From positions 248,001 through 312,000 of the forward strand of contig DF236981.1 of NCBI GenBank assembly GCA_000708835.1: DNA of 64,000 nucleotides, written 5' to 3'. This stretch comes from Klebsormidium nitens (taxonomy: Eukaryota > Plantae > Klebsormidiophyceae). Numbering within the stretch: position 1 is the stretch's first letter; each line of letters begins with the position of its first letter. The notes beneath the pieces are model-generated. The model searched no databases. It was not told the DNA's origin and worked only from the letters and a program-made list of their open reading frames with translations. A program made the translations under genes and the position numbers. Shown here one piece after another: positions 41,099 through 56,000 of this stretch.

Positions 41099-44000
41099 CT
41101 ATCGGCTGGGCTTTTTGCTATGCCCCCCGCCACCTTTCAACCGCTTCAACTCCTGCACAACCTCCTCCCGGTGCGCCTCCACCTCCGCGCACTTCAAACT
41201 GAGGCTCGTGTACCGCTGCTGTAAATCTTGCAGATCGCTCTCCAGCCTCCTCGCGAGCTGCTTTTTCATTTTGAGCTCCTCTAGGATGACGTCCACGTCG
41301 CCGCCCATGTTCCCGAACGCGGCCTGCGCGACATTCTGGTGCGTCGACAGCGCAGCCTTGAGCTGTTCCTTGTACATCATGTTGGCTTCCGCCGCCTCCT
41401 GCAGCTCCATCTCCAGAGTGTGAAGCCGCTCGATGGTCTTGGCGCGCTCGCCGTACTGGCGGTACAGGCTGATCTTTTGGAAGAGGTCGTCGTTGGCCTG
41501 CAAAAGCATGGGAGACATGATATGAGGTTCATAGGCACCTTAACCCGGCTTTTTGGAGCACCTTAACCTGACTTCTTTGAGAGTCGGACGTGGACCCATT
41601 GATGACATCGCCAACTTCTCGATGACCCTCGGCTCGCCACGCACACTGACAGCTCATGAGCAACGTGTGAGAGATCTGCGGCGCAGACCTCAACATGTCG
41701 CCCGTGCACGTGGCCGTGGCCGTGCTCGTGCACACGACACGTGGCATCTCCATGCGCTTCCCGAACATGATGAGGGTGGGAGCCACGTCCTTCCTCTATT
41801 AATCTGACGTCGCGCATTTTCTGATAGAGGTGATTCCTTGAAGACCTCTAAGAGTCACACTAACCTAATGCGAATCTTGGTTAAGCTAGGACGACCGGAT
41901 CCCTCACCTCCTGCAGGCGCAGCACCTCTTCCTCGAGCACCTCTTGGAGGCCCAGTTGCGACTGCAGCTTGCATGGGCTGCGCTTCTCATAAGCTATAAT
42001 ACCCTTCAATACGCTATAAGCCATAACCCCTCACCTCCTGCAGGCGCAGCACCTCTTCCTCGAGCACCTCTTGCACCCCGAGTCGCAACTGCAGCTCGCA
42101 TGGGCTGCGCTTCTCATAAGCTATAATACCCTTCAATACGCCATGAGCCATAACCCCTCACCTCCTGCAGGCGCAGCACCTCTTCCTCGAGCACCTCTTG
42201 CAGGCCCAGTTGCGACTGCAGCTCGCGCTCGCTGCGCATGAGCGCCGCGTTCTGGTTCTGCAGCCGTAGCAGCTCCGACCGCAGCTGGTCCATGCCCAGG
42301 TCGAAGCCGCCACGTGCCAGCTGCTCGTTGGCCGCCTGCAAAAGAGCGCAGACAATTGCAGATTTTGAAGGGTCGACTCGACGGATGTAAGTTGGCAAAA
42401 TGTTAGCGGAAGCGGTTCTTAGGTGGAGCGTATGAAGTGCCAGGTCAACCCGGGGAGCGCTAGCTGCTCAACAACGGCCTACGGGGAACAAACGCATGTT
42501 GTAGGGGGATGGTTACCCACCAGGGTTTGCGAATAAAAGATGAAGTTTCTGGACCGGTGTATGTCACAATATCATGTCCGAACTCTGTGCGAGCAAAACC
42601 AGGTCCACGAGCGAGTCGATTAACAATGTTTGTCTTCGAGATAAACTTAGACAAAGATTATCACATTTCTAGTACCTAAGCTAGCACAATTAGAAGGCGT
42701 GCTAACGACCGTGTCACAGCAATCCTAGTCTGCCGGTCTAGCCACCCCTGTCCACACTCTCAAACAATCATTCCGATTGCAGCAGTCCGACGTAGTACCG
42801 ATAAAAGCACGTTCGACGGTCTTCAAGCTTCCAGGCTCGGCGCCACCTCACCTGCAACCGGTCCACTTCCGCCAGGAGGCCTCGTTCCCGCTCAACCGCC
42901 TCCTTTTTGGCCTTTTCCAGCAGCCCAATCACCTTCTTCAGGTCGCCCTCCAGGGCCTTCACCCTGTGCTGCAGATCCGCGCGCTTCGCCTCCATCGCGG
43001 CCGGCGACCCGGGGCTCTCGGGGGGATCCCCCGGGGACTCCGCCCGGCCGTTCCGGCTCTGCGCGAACGTCCTCCGAGTGCCCGGGGAAAGTAACGACCG
43101 GCCGCTAGGGCTGACTAGCAGCGCGGGCTCCGCCGAGGTGACGCCGCGGGTAATCAGAGAGACACTGCGCGAAACCCCGGGTCGATTCGCCGGGGAGATG
43201 ACCCCCTCTTCCCGGGCTTCTTGCAACCGACGTTCGGCGCCCGCCAGCTGTTCGGTCTTGTTCTGGAGCTCCGTCTCGAGCATCGTGACTTTCATGCGCA
43301 GCTCCGAGAGAGCGTTCCCGTCGTCGGGGGGTGCGCCCGAGCTGAACCGCCGCCCGCCGACGGATTTGAGCTCCGTCTCTAGTTCGATCAGCCGGTGCTT
43401 CAGCTCGAAGTTCTCGTCCCGCAACTCGTCCGACTCTACGGAAGCGCTGTTCGCTGCCTGCATCGCCAACCGCTTTGCGCTCGCCTTCTCGTTCTCAACC
43501 GTCGCTTTCAACTCCTCGATCTCGCGCTCCAGCTCCGCCGTCGATGCCGCAATCGACGCTTGCATCCCCTCTATAAGGCTTTTGATCTCCGCCTCTAGTT
43601 CCTTGACCGCCGTTTCCTTCTCCGCTGCCGCAGCCGCCAGCACCGCAGCCATCTGAGATTTCAACTCAGCCGTCGATTCTGCCAGTTGGCGCTCCGTGGC
43701 TGCGCGGCCTTCCAACGCTTTCTCTAGCTCAGCCCGCGCCCCCGCCAGCTCAGCGCTCACCCGCGCCACGTCAGCGCCCAACCGGTCCACGTCCGCACTC
43801 TTTTCCGCCAGATCCGCGCGCAGCTTCTCCGTCTCGCACGCCGCCTGCGTCCGGTGCTCAGTCAACTCGCGCCCGACGGACGTGGACGCCTTTCGCTCCG
43901 CCTCTAGTTCCTCCTGGTGCCGCGCCAGCTCAGCGGCGGTAGTGCTGAGGTCAGCGTGCTTGGTTTCGAGCTCGGACCGCAGGGCGTGGTGCTCTTTTTG

Positions 44001-47000
44001 CAGTGCCGCAAACTGTGACGCTGCGGCAGCTGCCGCTGTCGCGGCGGCGACCTCGAGGGCCCTCGCTTTATCACTGTACCCAGAGTCGGCTTCTTTTCTT
44101 AACTGCTCGGCGCCATGAATCCCCTGCACGAATTTTGCAGTCCAAGTAAGACCAGATCAAGCAAAGAAAGAATACTGGCCAGAAACAAATTCTGCTCCGG
44201 CAACGCGTCAGTTGTGACACCTCCAAGTGCTTCCTCGCTGCACTCATAGCGCTGCACGCACAGGGCGTTCTGCAGAAAGTTGACGCCGTCCCTTATAGCT
44301 CTGATTTCAGCAGTCAGGAGGTTGCAGCCGATTCCAAGTACAAAATCAATCCACCACTACTGGGCTGCTTGTCAATGTATGAAAACGGGCCTGTCCTTCT
44401 GCACTAGTGTCACACGAAGCAACCAGGAAGGGAAAAGTCGAAGAAGAGCCCGCATTGAAGAAGCATTGGCGGACGTCCGCGATTCATCAATTGCCGGCGT
44501 CCCAAGCTCGCTTCCCTTCAAGTGAAAATTTCAGAACGAATAAATAACACAAATAACCAAAGGTCACAAGAAGTTGCTCTGAGTGCGTCAAGAACCGTTC
44601 CTTGCTGCGAAAGCGTGCACTGATCAGTCTCTCTGACGACGTGAAATGCGGAAGGCACATAAGTGCAGGATGTTTACCTGCTGGAGCTCCTCCCTCTCCC
44701 GCTGCAGTCCCTCCACGGCACTCCGCGCTTCCGCCAGCTGTGACGTCAGCTCCCCGACCCGCGTTTCCAGCCCCGCCACCTGTTCGTTTAGCGCCGCCCT
44801 CTCTTTGTCCGCCTCGACCGCTCTCGCCTCCAACCCCCTCTTCTCCCTTACAAGCTCAAGAAGTTCTTTCCCGGAATCTTGATGATCCGCCTCGACCTTC
44901 CGCTTCTCCGCTTCCATAGCCGCAAACTCCTGCTGCACCTTTGCCAGCGCCCCGCCCGTCTCTTTCAGCGACATTTGCGCCGCCCCTAGTTCGGTCTCCA
45001 CCCCTGTCCGTGCCTTGCTTTCCTTTTCCAGAGACGCTTTGAGCACGTCTACCTCCGACTCTAGTTCTTGTTTCGCGCTGCTTAGTTCGTCAATCGAGCG
45101 CTGCAGCTCGATTGACGCCTTCGCAACGTTCGCAAGCTCCGCACTTTTCTTTTCCAACTCAGCTTCCAGCACTTTGATCCTCTCCCCCTGGGCTTTGCTT
45201 TCCTTTTCGAGGGTATCAGTAAGGCTCCCAACCTGCCCCCCCAGAGCTCGCTTCTCTTCCAACAACTCGTCAACCTGTTTCTGCAACGCCGCCCCCTGCC
45301 CCCCGAGCTCTTTTCCCCGAACCTCTAGAGCTTCCTTGGCCGCAGTCAGCGCCAACACCACGGCAGCAGACTCCTCTAGCCTTCCTTCGAGCGCACTCCT
45401 CTCTGCACCCCACGCTTCCCCTTTGTTCATCAGCTCAGACTTCCAAGCCTTCTCCTTTTCGTCAGTGTCAGCCTCTGCTTTTGCTATCACTTCCCCCAAC
45501 TTCCTTTCAAGTTCTTCCCTCTCGGCACCCGTTTTCTTCATTGTTTCTGCCCCCTCTAGCTTCAAAGTGGTAATCTGCCCCTCCAACCGTTCCCGTTCCA
45601 CTCGCCAGCCGTCTCCTTTTTCCGCCGCCTCTCGTTCCGCCTTCCTGACCGCCTCCTCCAGGCTCCTGTTCAAATCTTCCCTCTCCCCTCGCCACTTTTC
45701 CCTACTCTCCGCCGCGACTAGTTCCGCTCCATTCAGCTGCTCGTTCGCTTCTTTGAGGTCAGCTTCCAGTCCCCTAACCCTCTCCTCTAACCCTTCCTCC
45801 CTCTCCTTGGCCGCACTCAGATCCGCCCCAAGCGACTTAACCGACTTTTCCAACTCGCTAACCACCCCCTGCAACTCCTTCTCGTCATCAGCGTACTTCC
45901 TGAGCCGCTCCTCTAGTTCCGCTTTCTCGGCCCGCACCGTCGTTGCTGACATCAGCGCTTCCGAGACCGTCTTCTCCTTGTCGCTCGCCCCCGCCTGGAA
46001 CTTCTCGTGCAACGTGCGCATCTCCTCTTCCAGCCGCTCGACCGCCGCTGTCTTATCCGCGTGCGAGCGCGACAGCTCCGTTTTCAGATGCTCGACCTCG
46101 GCACTCAGGCTCTCTTTCTGAGCACCTAAGCTTTCCTTCTCTTCCATGAGCTCCTTGACCTTTTCATTTAACCCCGCCTCCGCTTTCTGGCTCTCCCTCT
46201 CCAGAACTGCAAATGAGGCCTGGAGTGCGCTCAATTGAGCGGCCACAGCCGCCTTGCTTTCCGACACCCCCACATGAGCAGCCTCCGCACCTGCTAACCG
46301 CTCCCTTAACCCGCTGACGTCACTCTCGAGCTCCGCAACGTGCGCCCGAACGCTCTCGAGCTCTGCAGCCAGCGCACTTCTCTCTCCCTCTAGTTCGTTT
46401 ACTTTCTCCCTCAACTTTGTCTCGGCCTCTGCACCCTTCTTCGTTGCCGCCGCAGCTGCCAACTGTGCCGCGGCTAACTCCGCGGTTAGCGAAGCAACCC
46501 TGTCCAGCGCCCCCTTGTGCGCCTCTTCCGACTGGCCCAGCCTCTCTTGCAACTCGCTCATCTCCGTGTCGAGGTCCAATGCGCGCGCCTCCACCTCCTG
46601 CTTGCTGCTCGCGTGCTGATGCAACTGTGATGTCAGCAGCCCCAGCTGCGCCGTCAGCCCCTTGTGGTCGCCCGTAAGAGCGCCTAGCCGTGTCTCCAAA
46701 TCCGACTTGGCGGCCGAGTGCTCGCTGGACTCCTTTCGGACCGTGTCCAAGTCGCCAGTCAACGTCTGAACCTCCGACTCTAGTTGCTGAATCTTGGTCA
46801 AGGATTGGGTCAACTCCGCAGCCACAGCAGCCTTCTCCTCGTTCGTTTCCTCGACAAGCACTGTTAATTCGCTAACCCGGCCTTTCAGCTCCTTAACCAA
46901 ACTCTCCTTCTCCGCAACCTCCCCTTCAAACGCCTTGCACCGTTCGGTTTGGGCGCTCAGCTCCGCAGTTATGCTATTAACCTCCTTTTCCAACCCGCCG

Positions 47001-50000
47001 ACCACACCTTCCTGCTCCGTAACCCACTTTCTTAACCCCTCGCTGACCACCGCCTCTTCCTCGTGCCGCTTCACCGCAGCATCTTTCGAAACGGTCAACT
47101 CCTCGTGCTTACCCCTTAAGTCCTGGTGCTCCTCCTCTAACCGCGTCTTAACCTCCGATAACCCGTCATGGGTCTCCCTCAACTCCCGCAGCATGCTTTC
47201 CAACTCTGACTTGGCGGTCTCAGCGCTCGCCAGCTGTCCTTTCAGCTCCTCTTTCTCCTTGACGTGTTCTTCCGTTTCCTTGGTTAACCGCTCGATCTCT
47301 TCCTCTAACCCCTGAACCTTAACCCCTGCCAGCGCACCCTCCTGCATCGCAAAGCTCATCCGACGGTGCACGGCTTCCTTCGCGGCAGCCTGCTCCTCAA
47401 TCTGGGTCGTCAGCTTCGCCACCTGTCAAAAAATGAAGCTTTTGTCAGAAGAAAAGCGATGCAAGTCATCGAAGAGTCCCCCTTTTCTTACTTGTGCTTG
47501 AAGCCAGCAAGGGCCATCCGACTCAAACCTTTTCCAACTGCAAACACCAAGACGGATGCGCTCGATTGCAACATCACTTTGGCCTCCTGTCCTCCTATCC
47601 ATTCACCACCCTTCAGGTATTGCCACAAAAGCTGTTTCCCCCTTGTCTCATGAACACTTCCACGTCCTTGAAAAGATACCAAACAAAAACTTGAACTCTT
47701 CTTGTGCCTTCGGCTTTGCAGGTTTTTGGCATCAACTCTTTACGTCCATGCCACTATACGTGGGTGTTGTTTCCCCGCAACCTACCTGCAACTCAAGCTT
47801 CTTGATCTTCTGCTGGCTCTCTTTCGGTGTAGTGGCCCGGTCCCCTGCCCCAATGGCCCCTGTTACTGCGCCCATTGCCGCCGTGCTTGCTGCCAGGTCG
47901 CGGCTCGTTGTGCCAGCCTTGCCCTCGTTGCCTGCCAGCTGTTGCTTGTGTTCCTCCAGGAGCGCAGCCAGCTCCAAACCCTGAAAAGATTGGGCAAGAA
48001 ACGACATCATTACGATGCAAACGACTTTGATTGCTTGTTGGATCTCCTGTGGCAACTGGTCAAATCTGGCAACTCCCTGAAACGCTTTTTAGGAAAGCTA
48101 TCTCACTGATCGACAAGAAGGGAGACCAGAAACACGGCTCGAAAAGAAGTCAGGACTTGCAAAGACTTTGAACTCCATTGCAATTAAGGTGATCAAAAAG
48201 GTCAATGATCTCAGTAAACGAGATTTGCATCATGCAAGTTGACCAAGAGCTTTTGAACAAGTTTCCAAAAGTATACTTGGCAGGTTGATTACTGATAAGA
48301 ACACACAGGACCAATGCTTGTGAAATAATCCGGAACAGCATGGTAATTGACACGAGCAGAAATCCAATTGACTCAAACGAATCAGCATGAGATTGATTTG
48401 ATGAAAGCAGAATGAATCCGACGTAAGGCAAGATAAATTCTCAATACAGGGTCTCCGGCGCTCAACTCTTCAGACCTAAACCGTCTTCTTCACAAACGAA
48501 GTCCCCAACACCAAGTCAACCCGCCAAGAAACGCCCTCACCTTGCTCTTATGCATCTCCACCTCCTTCAGCAGACTCCCGGCCTTCTCCTCATGGCTCGC
48601 CCGCTCTGTCACCGCCTTCTCTAGTCGCCCGCTAACCTCGGCTATGCGTGCCTCGTGACCTGCTACCTCGGCGGCGAGGTCCTCCGCCCGTCGCCGGAAC
48701 TCGTCCGCTTGCGCCTGCGCGTCCTCTACTAGCGAGTGCAACTCCTCGATGCGCGCGTTCAGCTCCTCGTTTTCCTCCACCTTGTACCGCATCTCCGCCG
48801 TAACTTCGTCCAGCTGCGACTGCAGTACCCGCACCTTCTCTGCTCCTTCCTTTCCAGACGCATCGGACTCGTCCGAGCCCTTGGTTAGCTCCTTAACCCG
48901 CTCCTCCAATGTCTTAACCTCGTCCTTAAGTGCATTCTCCTTGCCCGCGTACTCTTTGGCCATCTGACTCTCCACGCGCAGCGACTCGTTCAACTGCGCC
49001 GTAACCGACGCCATCGCCGCCTCTAACCCCTCGATCTTCTCCTCGTACTGCTGCTTCTCGGCGCTAACCTGGTCCGCTAACCCCGCCCTCTGCGCCGCTA
49101 ACTCCGCCTCGAGCGCCTCCTTCTCCTTCTCCAGCTGACCCACCCGCTGTTCCAGTTCCTTCTCGAGCTCGCTAACCCGCTCCTCTAACCCGCTTCTCAA
49201 CCCGGTCACCTCCTCGTGCTTCGCTTCCAACTCTTGCTTCGCGGAGTGCAGCTCTCCCCACTCGGCGAGGTGTTTCCGCTGCAGTTCCTGCTCTTTCTCG
49301 CCGTGCCGCATCTCAAGGGCGCGCAGGGTCAACACGTGTTTAGACTCTAACCCCTTCTTTTCGGACTGCGCCTGCTCGAGCGCGTCTTCAAGAGCCGCCA
49401 GCTCCTCAACCATCTCCCGCGACTTCTCAGTGAACTCGAGCTGTGCGAGTTTGAGCCGCTCGTCCGCCTCGAAAGCAGTACCCTGCAGAGAGACGAGACG
49501 CTTTGTAACGGACAGACAGATGGTGCTATAGAGATTCTCCTTCCAGAGGCTTCAAATTGTAGCACCCTACAGAGAGACAAGATGTTTTGTTACGACCGAC
49601 AGATGTGCTTTTACGAGTCGCCTTGCAAACGTTTCAGCGAAAAGCGACTCACAAAGCGAAGCAAGAATGGACCAGATTGCAGCATCAAACCATACAGTAG
49701 AGGGAAAAGTGCTCCCGAAAGGAAACTGAGGAGTGAGCACAGCTGAGTAAAACGGACACCCTGGAGCAAACGCCCTTGCCGACTCCTGTCTTTGAAAACA
49801 GACGCTCGACCTAGACCGACGAAGTGGACCATCGGGAAAACCCTCCGCCTTGCTCATTCTAAGCCTGCCCTCACCCTGCAACGAGCTCCGCACAACGCAT
49901 GCCCTTCAGCCAGGAGCGCAAACTCATAGAAATGGGAACCTAGATTTCTGTAACCCTTGCTGCCTTACCTCCGCTTTGCTGACGAGGGAGCTCTGGTGGT

Positions 50001-53000
50001 TCAGCTGCTCCTCCAGCTGGTGCACGGGCTCAAGGTCAGGCACACAAACTCAAAGAGATCTAAACCGTAATCTCTCTAATCCTAAACTTCACAACCCTCT
50101 AAACCCTTAACTGCCTCACCTCCGCTTTGCTGACGAGGAAGCTCTGCCGATTCAGCTGCTCCTCCAGCTGGTGCACGCGCTCCAGGGTGGCGTCCAGCCG
50201 CTGCTGGGAGTGGTCCGCCGCCTCCTGCAGCCGCCCCTTGAACTCGGCCACCGCGTCCTGCTCCTGAAAAGTGCGTGGAAAAACGCTGACGTCAGCAGTG
50301 GACTAACGAGAAACGACGGGCCGAAAACAATGTGATGACGTCAGCGTTAGCAACAATATCAACGGCCCAACACTGCTGTGAGTGGTCCGCCGCCTCCTGC
50401 AGCCGCCCCTTGAACTCGGCCACCGCGTCCTGCTTCTGAGGAGTGAGCCAAAAAGTGCTGACGTCAGTGCTGACATAAGCGGCAGATAAAGAAGAACCAA
50501 CGGGCCGCCCCTGGAACTTGGCCTGTTCCTGAAGCCTGAGCGGAGAGATGCTGACGTCAACAGTGGACCAACACAAACTGACGGTGTGCGGAATGGTGCT
50601 GACGCAAGCAGTGCACCCAACGAAATTGGGCAGGCCGAGACTGTCGTTTGGAGAAGGGATTCAGTGCTAATATATAGTGCTAATATGCTAATATACTTGC
50701 AATATAAGCCCTCAATGATTCGGGGTTAAGGGACGATGCTCAAGTCAGCGGGTGAAACAAGCTTAAACCCGAAGGGTTGATGCTGACAGGAGCACCAGAT
50801 GCTGAATTAGCGGTTTCCTCATTCATGCTGTTCGTGAATGCTCGTGAAGGACGAAACGATTGTGTTGAGTGCAAGTCTGCCCTCCAAAGAGATCCACCAA
50901 TGTTGCGACAACCCATGGCAGAGGATTCTTTTGACGATCTAATGAAGGAAGGATGGATTGCACTATGCAGTCCATGGAGGGGTATCATATTGAATTGAGA
51001 CGCAGCAGACCTTTGAAACGAGTGGTAACCTTAAAATCGATCGAAGCCTTCATTCCGTAGAGAACCCACCAAACCCAGTTCCGGATTCAGCCTCATTCCT
51101 TCGGCCTTCACCCACCCCTTCCAATCCAGAGTTCGAAGGATCGCAATATTCTCACCTTGTCCGCGCTCCCCGAGCCCTCAAGCAGCTGCATCTCCGCTTG
51201 GAGGCTCTTCAGCTTCTCTTCCGCTTCCGTCCTCTCCAGCTCCGCCTTCTCCAACCGGGTCTCGAGCTCCAACCGGGCGGAACGTGCCTCCTGCGTCTGG
51301 TCGGCCAACTGCCCGGTGAGACTCTCTCGAGCGGCTTCCAGGAGCTTGATCTGCGCCAGAAGTTCGGTCGGGGGCGTCCCCGGGGGCTTGGCGGGAGGAT
51401 TTGCGAGCCGCGCATGCAGCTCTTGGTTCTCTTTCTGCAGGGAAGAGGGGCGGAGGATCGATCGAAAAAGTTTTGCACAGCGAGCGTGTCTATTGACACT
51501 TTTGCCAAGGGCGGTTCCTTGAGCGAAGATCGTGTCAAAACCTCTTACCTCGCACTTCGTTCTGCAAAACAAAGCGTTGTGCATCCATTGTCAGTTGCAG
51601 CGAAGCAGGAAAGACGGCTTTGGACGGACCCAGCCGTGCAATGAAGTTGATGGGCGAGAGGCAGGTATACGAATTTACAGTCAGGCCAAAAGGTGCCCAT
51701 CAGGCGGTCCCTGCTAATACCAAGAAAACAGTACACGAAGGAGTAGTGCAACTCCAGGAGCCTTACCTCCAGTTCCTCAATCCTCTCCTCCGAGTTGTCC
51801 TCGTCCAACAGCTGCTTCAGCCGGTCGTACTGCCGCGTGACGTTATCCCGGCCCTCCCGCGCGCTCGCCAAGTCAGCCTCCAGCGTCGCCACCCGTTCCT
51901 GCAGCGCCGTAATTTGATCCTCGCCCACAGCCCTCGGCGTCTCCACCCGGGACTCCAACTGGTGAATCGTCTCGTGGGCGCTCTCGAGCTCGCCCTCGAG
52001 CGCGTGGACCGTCGCGCGCGCCGCCTCTAGTTCTTCCGCCAGGTCCCGGGGGCTCCCCCACTCGGACGGCGTCTCCTTTTCGGACGCCAACTCGGCCTGC
52101 AACACGGCGACCTCCTCCTCCAGCCTCAGGATCGTCTCCGCCGCCTCCTCCATACGTTTACCGGCGGCGCCCAGCAAGAGTCCCCGCTCTAGTTCCGTAA
52201 CGCGCGCCTCGTGCCGCCGCGCCTCCGCCTGCGCGCTCGTCAGATCGCCCGCAAGCCTCATGCTCTCCTCCGTCAGTTCGGACGCCTCCGCCTCCAACTC
52301 CGCGACGCGCCGCCGGAGCGTCCGAGCATCGTCCGAACCTTCCTGTCCGGCGTCCGAAAGGCCCTTTCCAGCGACCAGGGTGGCCATTCCCCCCGCCAGA
52401 GCACTCCGTTCAGCGTCCACGAAAACCTTACGGGCGTCCGAACCGCCCTTTACGGCGTCCGAAGCGTCCGAGAAACTCGCCGCCTGGGCTGCAAAGGCCC
52501 TGTTTTCGGCCTCCAGAGCAGCAATCCTGGCGAGGAGTTCGGACGGCGTCGATTCGGACCGAAGCGAGAGGTCCGCTTCCACAGACTGTAGCTGCTTCTT
52601 GAGCGCCTGGACCTCGGCTTCCTTGGCGTCGGTTTGCTCCTCGTAGTCCTTCACCGCTTCCACCAGCATCTGATTGGACTCGGTCAGTTTGTCCAGCTGG
52701 GGAGAGGGAGGATGAGAGCGTCAGGACACAGTTTCCAGTTGACCAGAAGGGGAGGGAAATAAGTGTTCTCCAAGAAACTTTTGGTAGAAGGCAGCAAAGG
52801 GATATCCAGACCGCTTCAAGAATTGCGGGGGAGAAGAGGCTAATGGATGGAGACACTGGTCGTTAGTACGGTTGCTAGCAAATCCCAGCTGTAGCACAGC
52901 TTCAGTACGTCGAGATCAAAAATGTGTCCGGCCAAGCGGGGAATCCAAAGGCGCATCATGGGATAGAGCAGCACGGAGAACTTTCCAGAAGCGACCAAAA

Positions 53001-56000
53001 AGTCAAGCCCGATGAAACGCCGTTCTGATCTGGACATTGAAGTGCTTGATCGACTCATTCACACCACGATGTTTACATCAACTTGCCATCAAAGAATGTG
53101 CACAGCGCAGACTCCTAGGAGGAATGGCTTGATTCTTTAGTAGCTTCCGCCTCACCCGCATTGTTAAGGTACACGGGCTGCCTTATTGCTCAATGTTAGA
53201 AGAGTTTTATCAGAGCACGGTGGCCGTTAATGTAACGAGCTCAGACTCAGAGAGTAAGAGCACTACAGACAAACGCCTTTCACCTGCACTTTGAGGTACT
53301 CGGTCTGCTCCTTCTGCTGCTCCATCTCCTCCTCGAGCTCCTCCACGTGGCGCCGCGCGTCGTCCACCTCCCACTGCGCCGTCGCCTGCCGGTCCTCCTG
53401 CTCCTGCGTGTGCGCCACCATCTCGCGCAGCTTCTCAAGCTCCGCCTGCAAAGACCGAGGGTATTCGCAGTTGAAGAAGCTCATTCACACTCTATTTGCT
53501 CCTGCGTGTGTGCCATCAGCTCGCGTAGCCTCCCCAGCTTCGCCTGCAGCAACGGGAAGCATTCACACTCTTGAGACAGAAAGTTGCGACCACAGACGGC
53601 TCCCATTGCCTCCTACGCATCCAGAGCCTGTCACAAAAAACCTCTGCCAAAAAGTCCACAACCAAAACCTTTCACTATCTAAACTCAAAATTTCAGAAAG
53701 TATCAGAATGCTTAGGATTACGGGGGATCTAGGCCCAGAATCTCACCCGCGCCTCGTCCCGTTCGCGCGCGGCCTCGTCCGCCTCGGCGCCCGCCTCGTC
53801 CGTGTACTGGATCTGCACCTTCATCTCCGTGCGCAGCTGCTCGTTCTCCGCCGCGTAGTTCTTGGCGCTGCGCTGCCAGCTCTCGCTCTGCGCGCGCAGC
53901 CCCTCGACCTCCACCTCCCTCCGCTCTAGTTCCGCCAGCAGCTCCGGCTCGCTCCGGAACGTCCGCAGCTTCGTCGCCGAAAAGCTGCGGAACTCGTCTG
54001 CGGCCACCCCCCTCTGGGACGGCCCGAAGTCGCCCCCCCGCTGCGAAGACGCCTCTCCGGGCCCCCTCTGCGACGAGGCGTCACCGAACCCCCGCTGAGA
54101 GTACGAACCCTGGTCGCTTTTCAGGGACGAGCTCGAGGCCGAATGGTCTAAGCTCGGCCGCCCGGTGTAAGGAACCTCGCGCCGGTCAAGCCCCCTGCCG
54201 ACGTACCGTTCGGTGTTTACCTGGTAGCGTGCCTGGGGCTTGTCCCCTTGGGGGCCTGCGCCGGGGGATCCCCCGGACGAGGTCGGGCTCTCGAGCTCCT
54301 TCTCCCGGAACTGCGCCGCGAGCTCCTTGACTTTGCTGGCCCGCTGCTGTGATCCCGCGGTAGGGGGGGTGACTGAGAGGGGATCTGCCGCCCCCCCAAG
54401 GCTGCGGCGCCTGTTCGGGGGGGGTTCCTCGCGCTCGTTTTGGAGCACCCCGGTGAAGCTACCCCCGGAGCGGGATGGTCGGTCGCCGGACCCGGACCAG
54501 GACGGTCTATCAGGGTCGTTCTCCAGACCGTGTGCAAAACCCTCGTCCTCATCGTAGGATCTGCAAAATGGAAAAGGTTGTCAAAATTGAGTTCACTACT
54601 CTTGGTACTGATAAGCTTCACAAGTGTGCGAGCAAGCATGGAGTCCACGAAGAAGACCAATTATAGTGATGTTACAATCTCCGGCTGTCAGAAGGTAAAA
54701 GCCTGGACATATCTATCAAGTCCACAGATACAAAGAAAAGCCAGAGCAATTGCCGGGCACCAACTCTGGCAATGGCCGGACGTTGCTAGGACGAGTCCAT
54801 CAAGGGGCACTTGAGACACTTTGCATATCTTTCGATGCACCAAGACTGCGGATGCTAGAGAGTGCACCAGAAAAGGACGAAAGAAGCAAGCACATTTCAA
54901 ACCACCAGTGGGCCAGCAAGTAGGAACGGGAGTGTTACAAGAAAGCAAATGCAAAAGGGATGGGCAACTCAGAAGGGACTCACCCCCTGGGAGGCCCTGT
55001 CTGAGCATAGGGGTTGGAGCTGGCGGGCCCCGAGCGCTCTGATGCATGCGGCACTCCCAGCGATCGGCCCACACTACGAATAACGTCCGGCTGATTGGCA
55101 ATGAGGATTGGCGCCAGCGTCGGCTGCGAGTCAAGGGTTAAGATAACTGTGAGTTTCGTGGAATGCAGAAACTTAAACAACTGCAAGACTCGTCCAGCAG
55201 CGGACGAGATTCTCCAATCAGGCGCCTGTTTTACCTCGCTTACCGGACCAATTTTCGAAAGGCAACCCACTCTTTCAAGATGTGCATCGAGCAAGTCGTC
55301 GACTTTCTGCCTGAGTACAACCTCACCTCAATTTCCTGGTTTCGGTCGACGCATGCACGCAGTTACCCCTGACGTCCATCCGAGATCAGTGCAGAGGGAC
55401 AACTTACGAACAAAATGCTACCCCTGCCAAAAATGAAATAAACCGCATCCTTTGTTTTCTGGTGAGGTGGACCGTAGACTCACCGCACTGTTGCGCAACT
55501 CCCCGTTCAATGCGTACGCGTCATAGCGAGCCATGCGTGGGTCCCTCCCGGTGGGCCTCGTGGGTTGCAGAACCGTTCTTGGCTGCACGGGAGCATCGGG
55601 CAACTCCCGTGACTCCTGCGAGAGCCGGCTGCCCCGCGCATCGTCTGAAACTCCCACCGGGACCTGGTACGTCGGGAAATGGGGCAGAGCTTCGTTGCGG
55701 GTTTTGCAGGCTTGAGTGACACTTCGGATGGATCCAAAGAGAGCATGGAAACTTCTACGCTGGCACGTTGGCTACAAGGAGGCTCCTTAAAATCAGATCG
55801 AATCTGGAGTGCTCGACCTCTTTTGCAGCTGGTCGAATAGGTAAAGCCTTTCTCCTCTGATTGGCGCTTTCTAGCAGTTCCTCCAAACGGGGTAAACATC
55901 GGATTGGTTCTATGGACCCTGCATTTTTGTTTGCAGAGACTACTATAATGCAGCAATTTTCCAGCTTTTACAGAAACAGGTCGCGCCTGGGCAAATTGCG

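Noticed and set aside
42777-52646. Long plus-strand Ser/Ala-rich ORFs (for example 42907-43656, 45015-46121, 46794-47315)
   Set aside because: They are antisense shadows of the Glu/Leu/Lys-rich coiled-coil exons on the minus strand.
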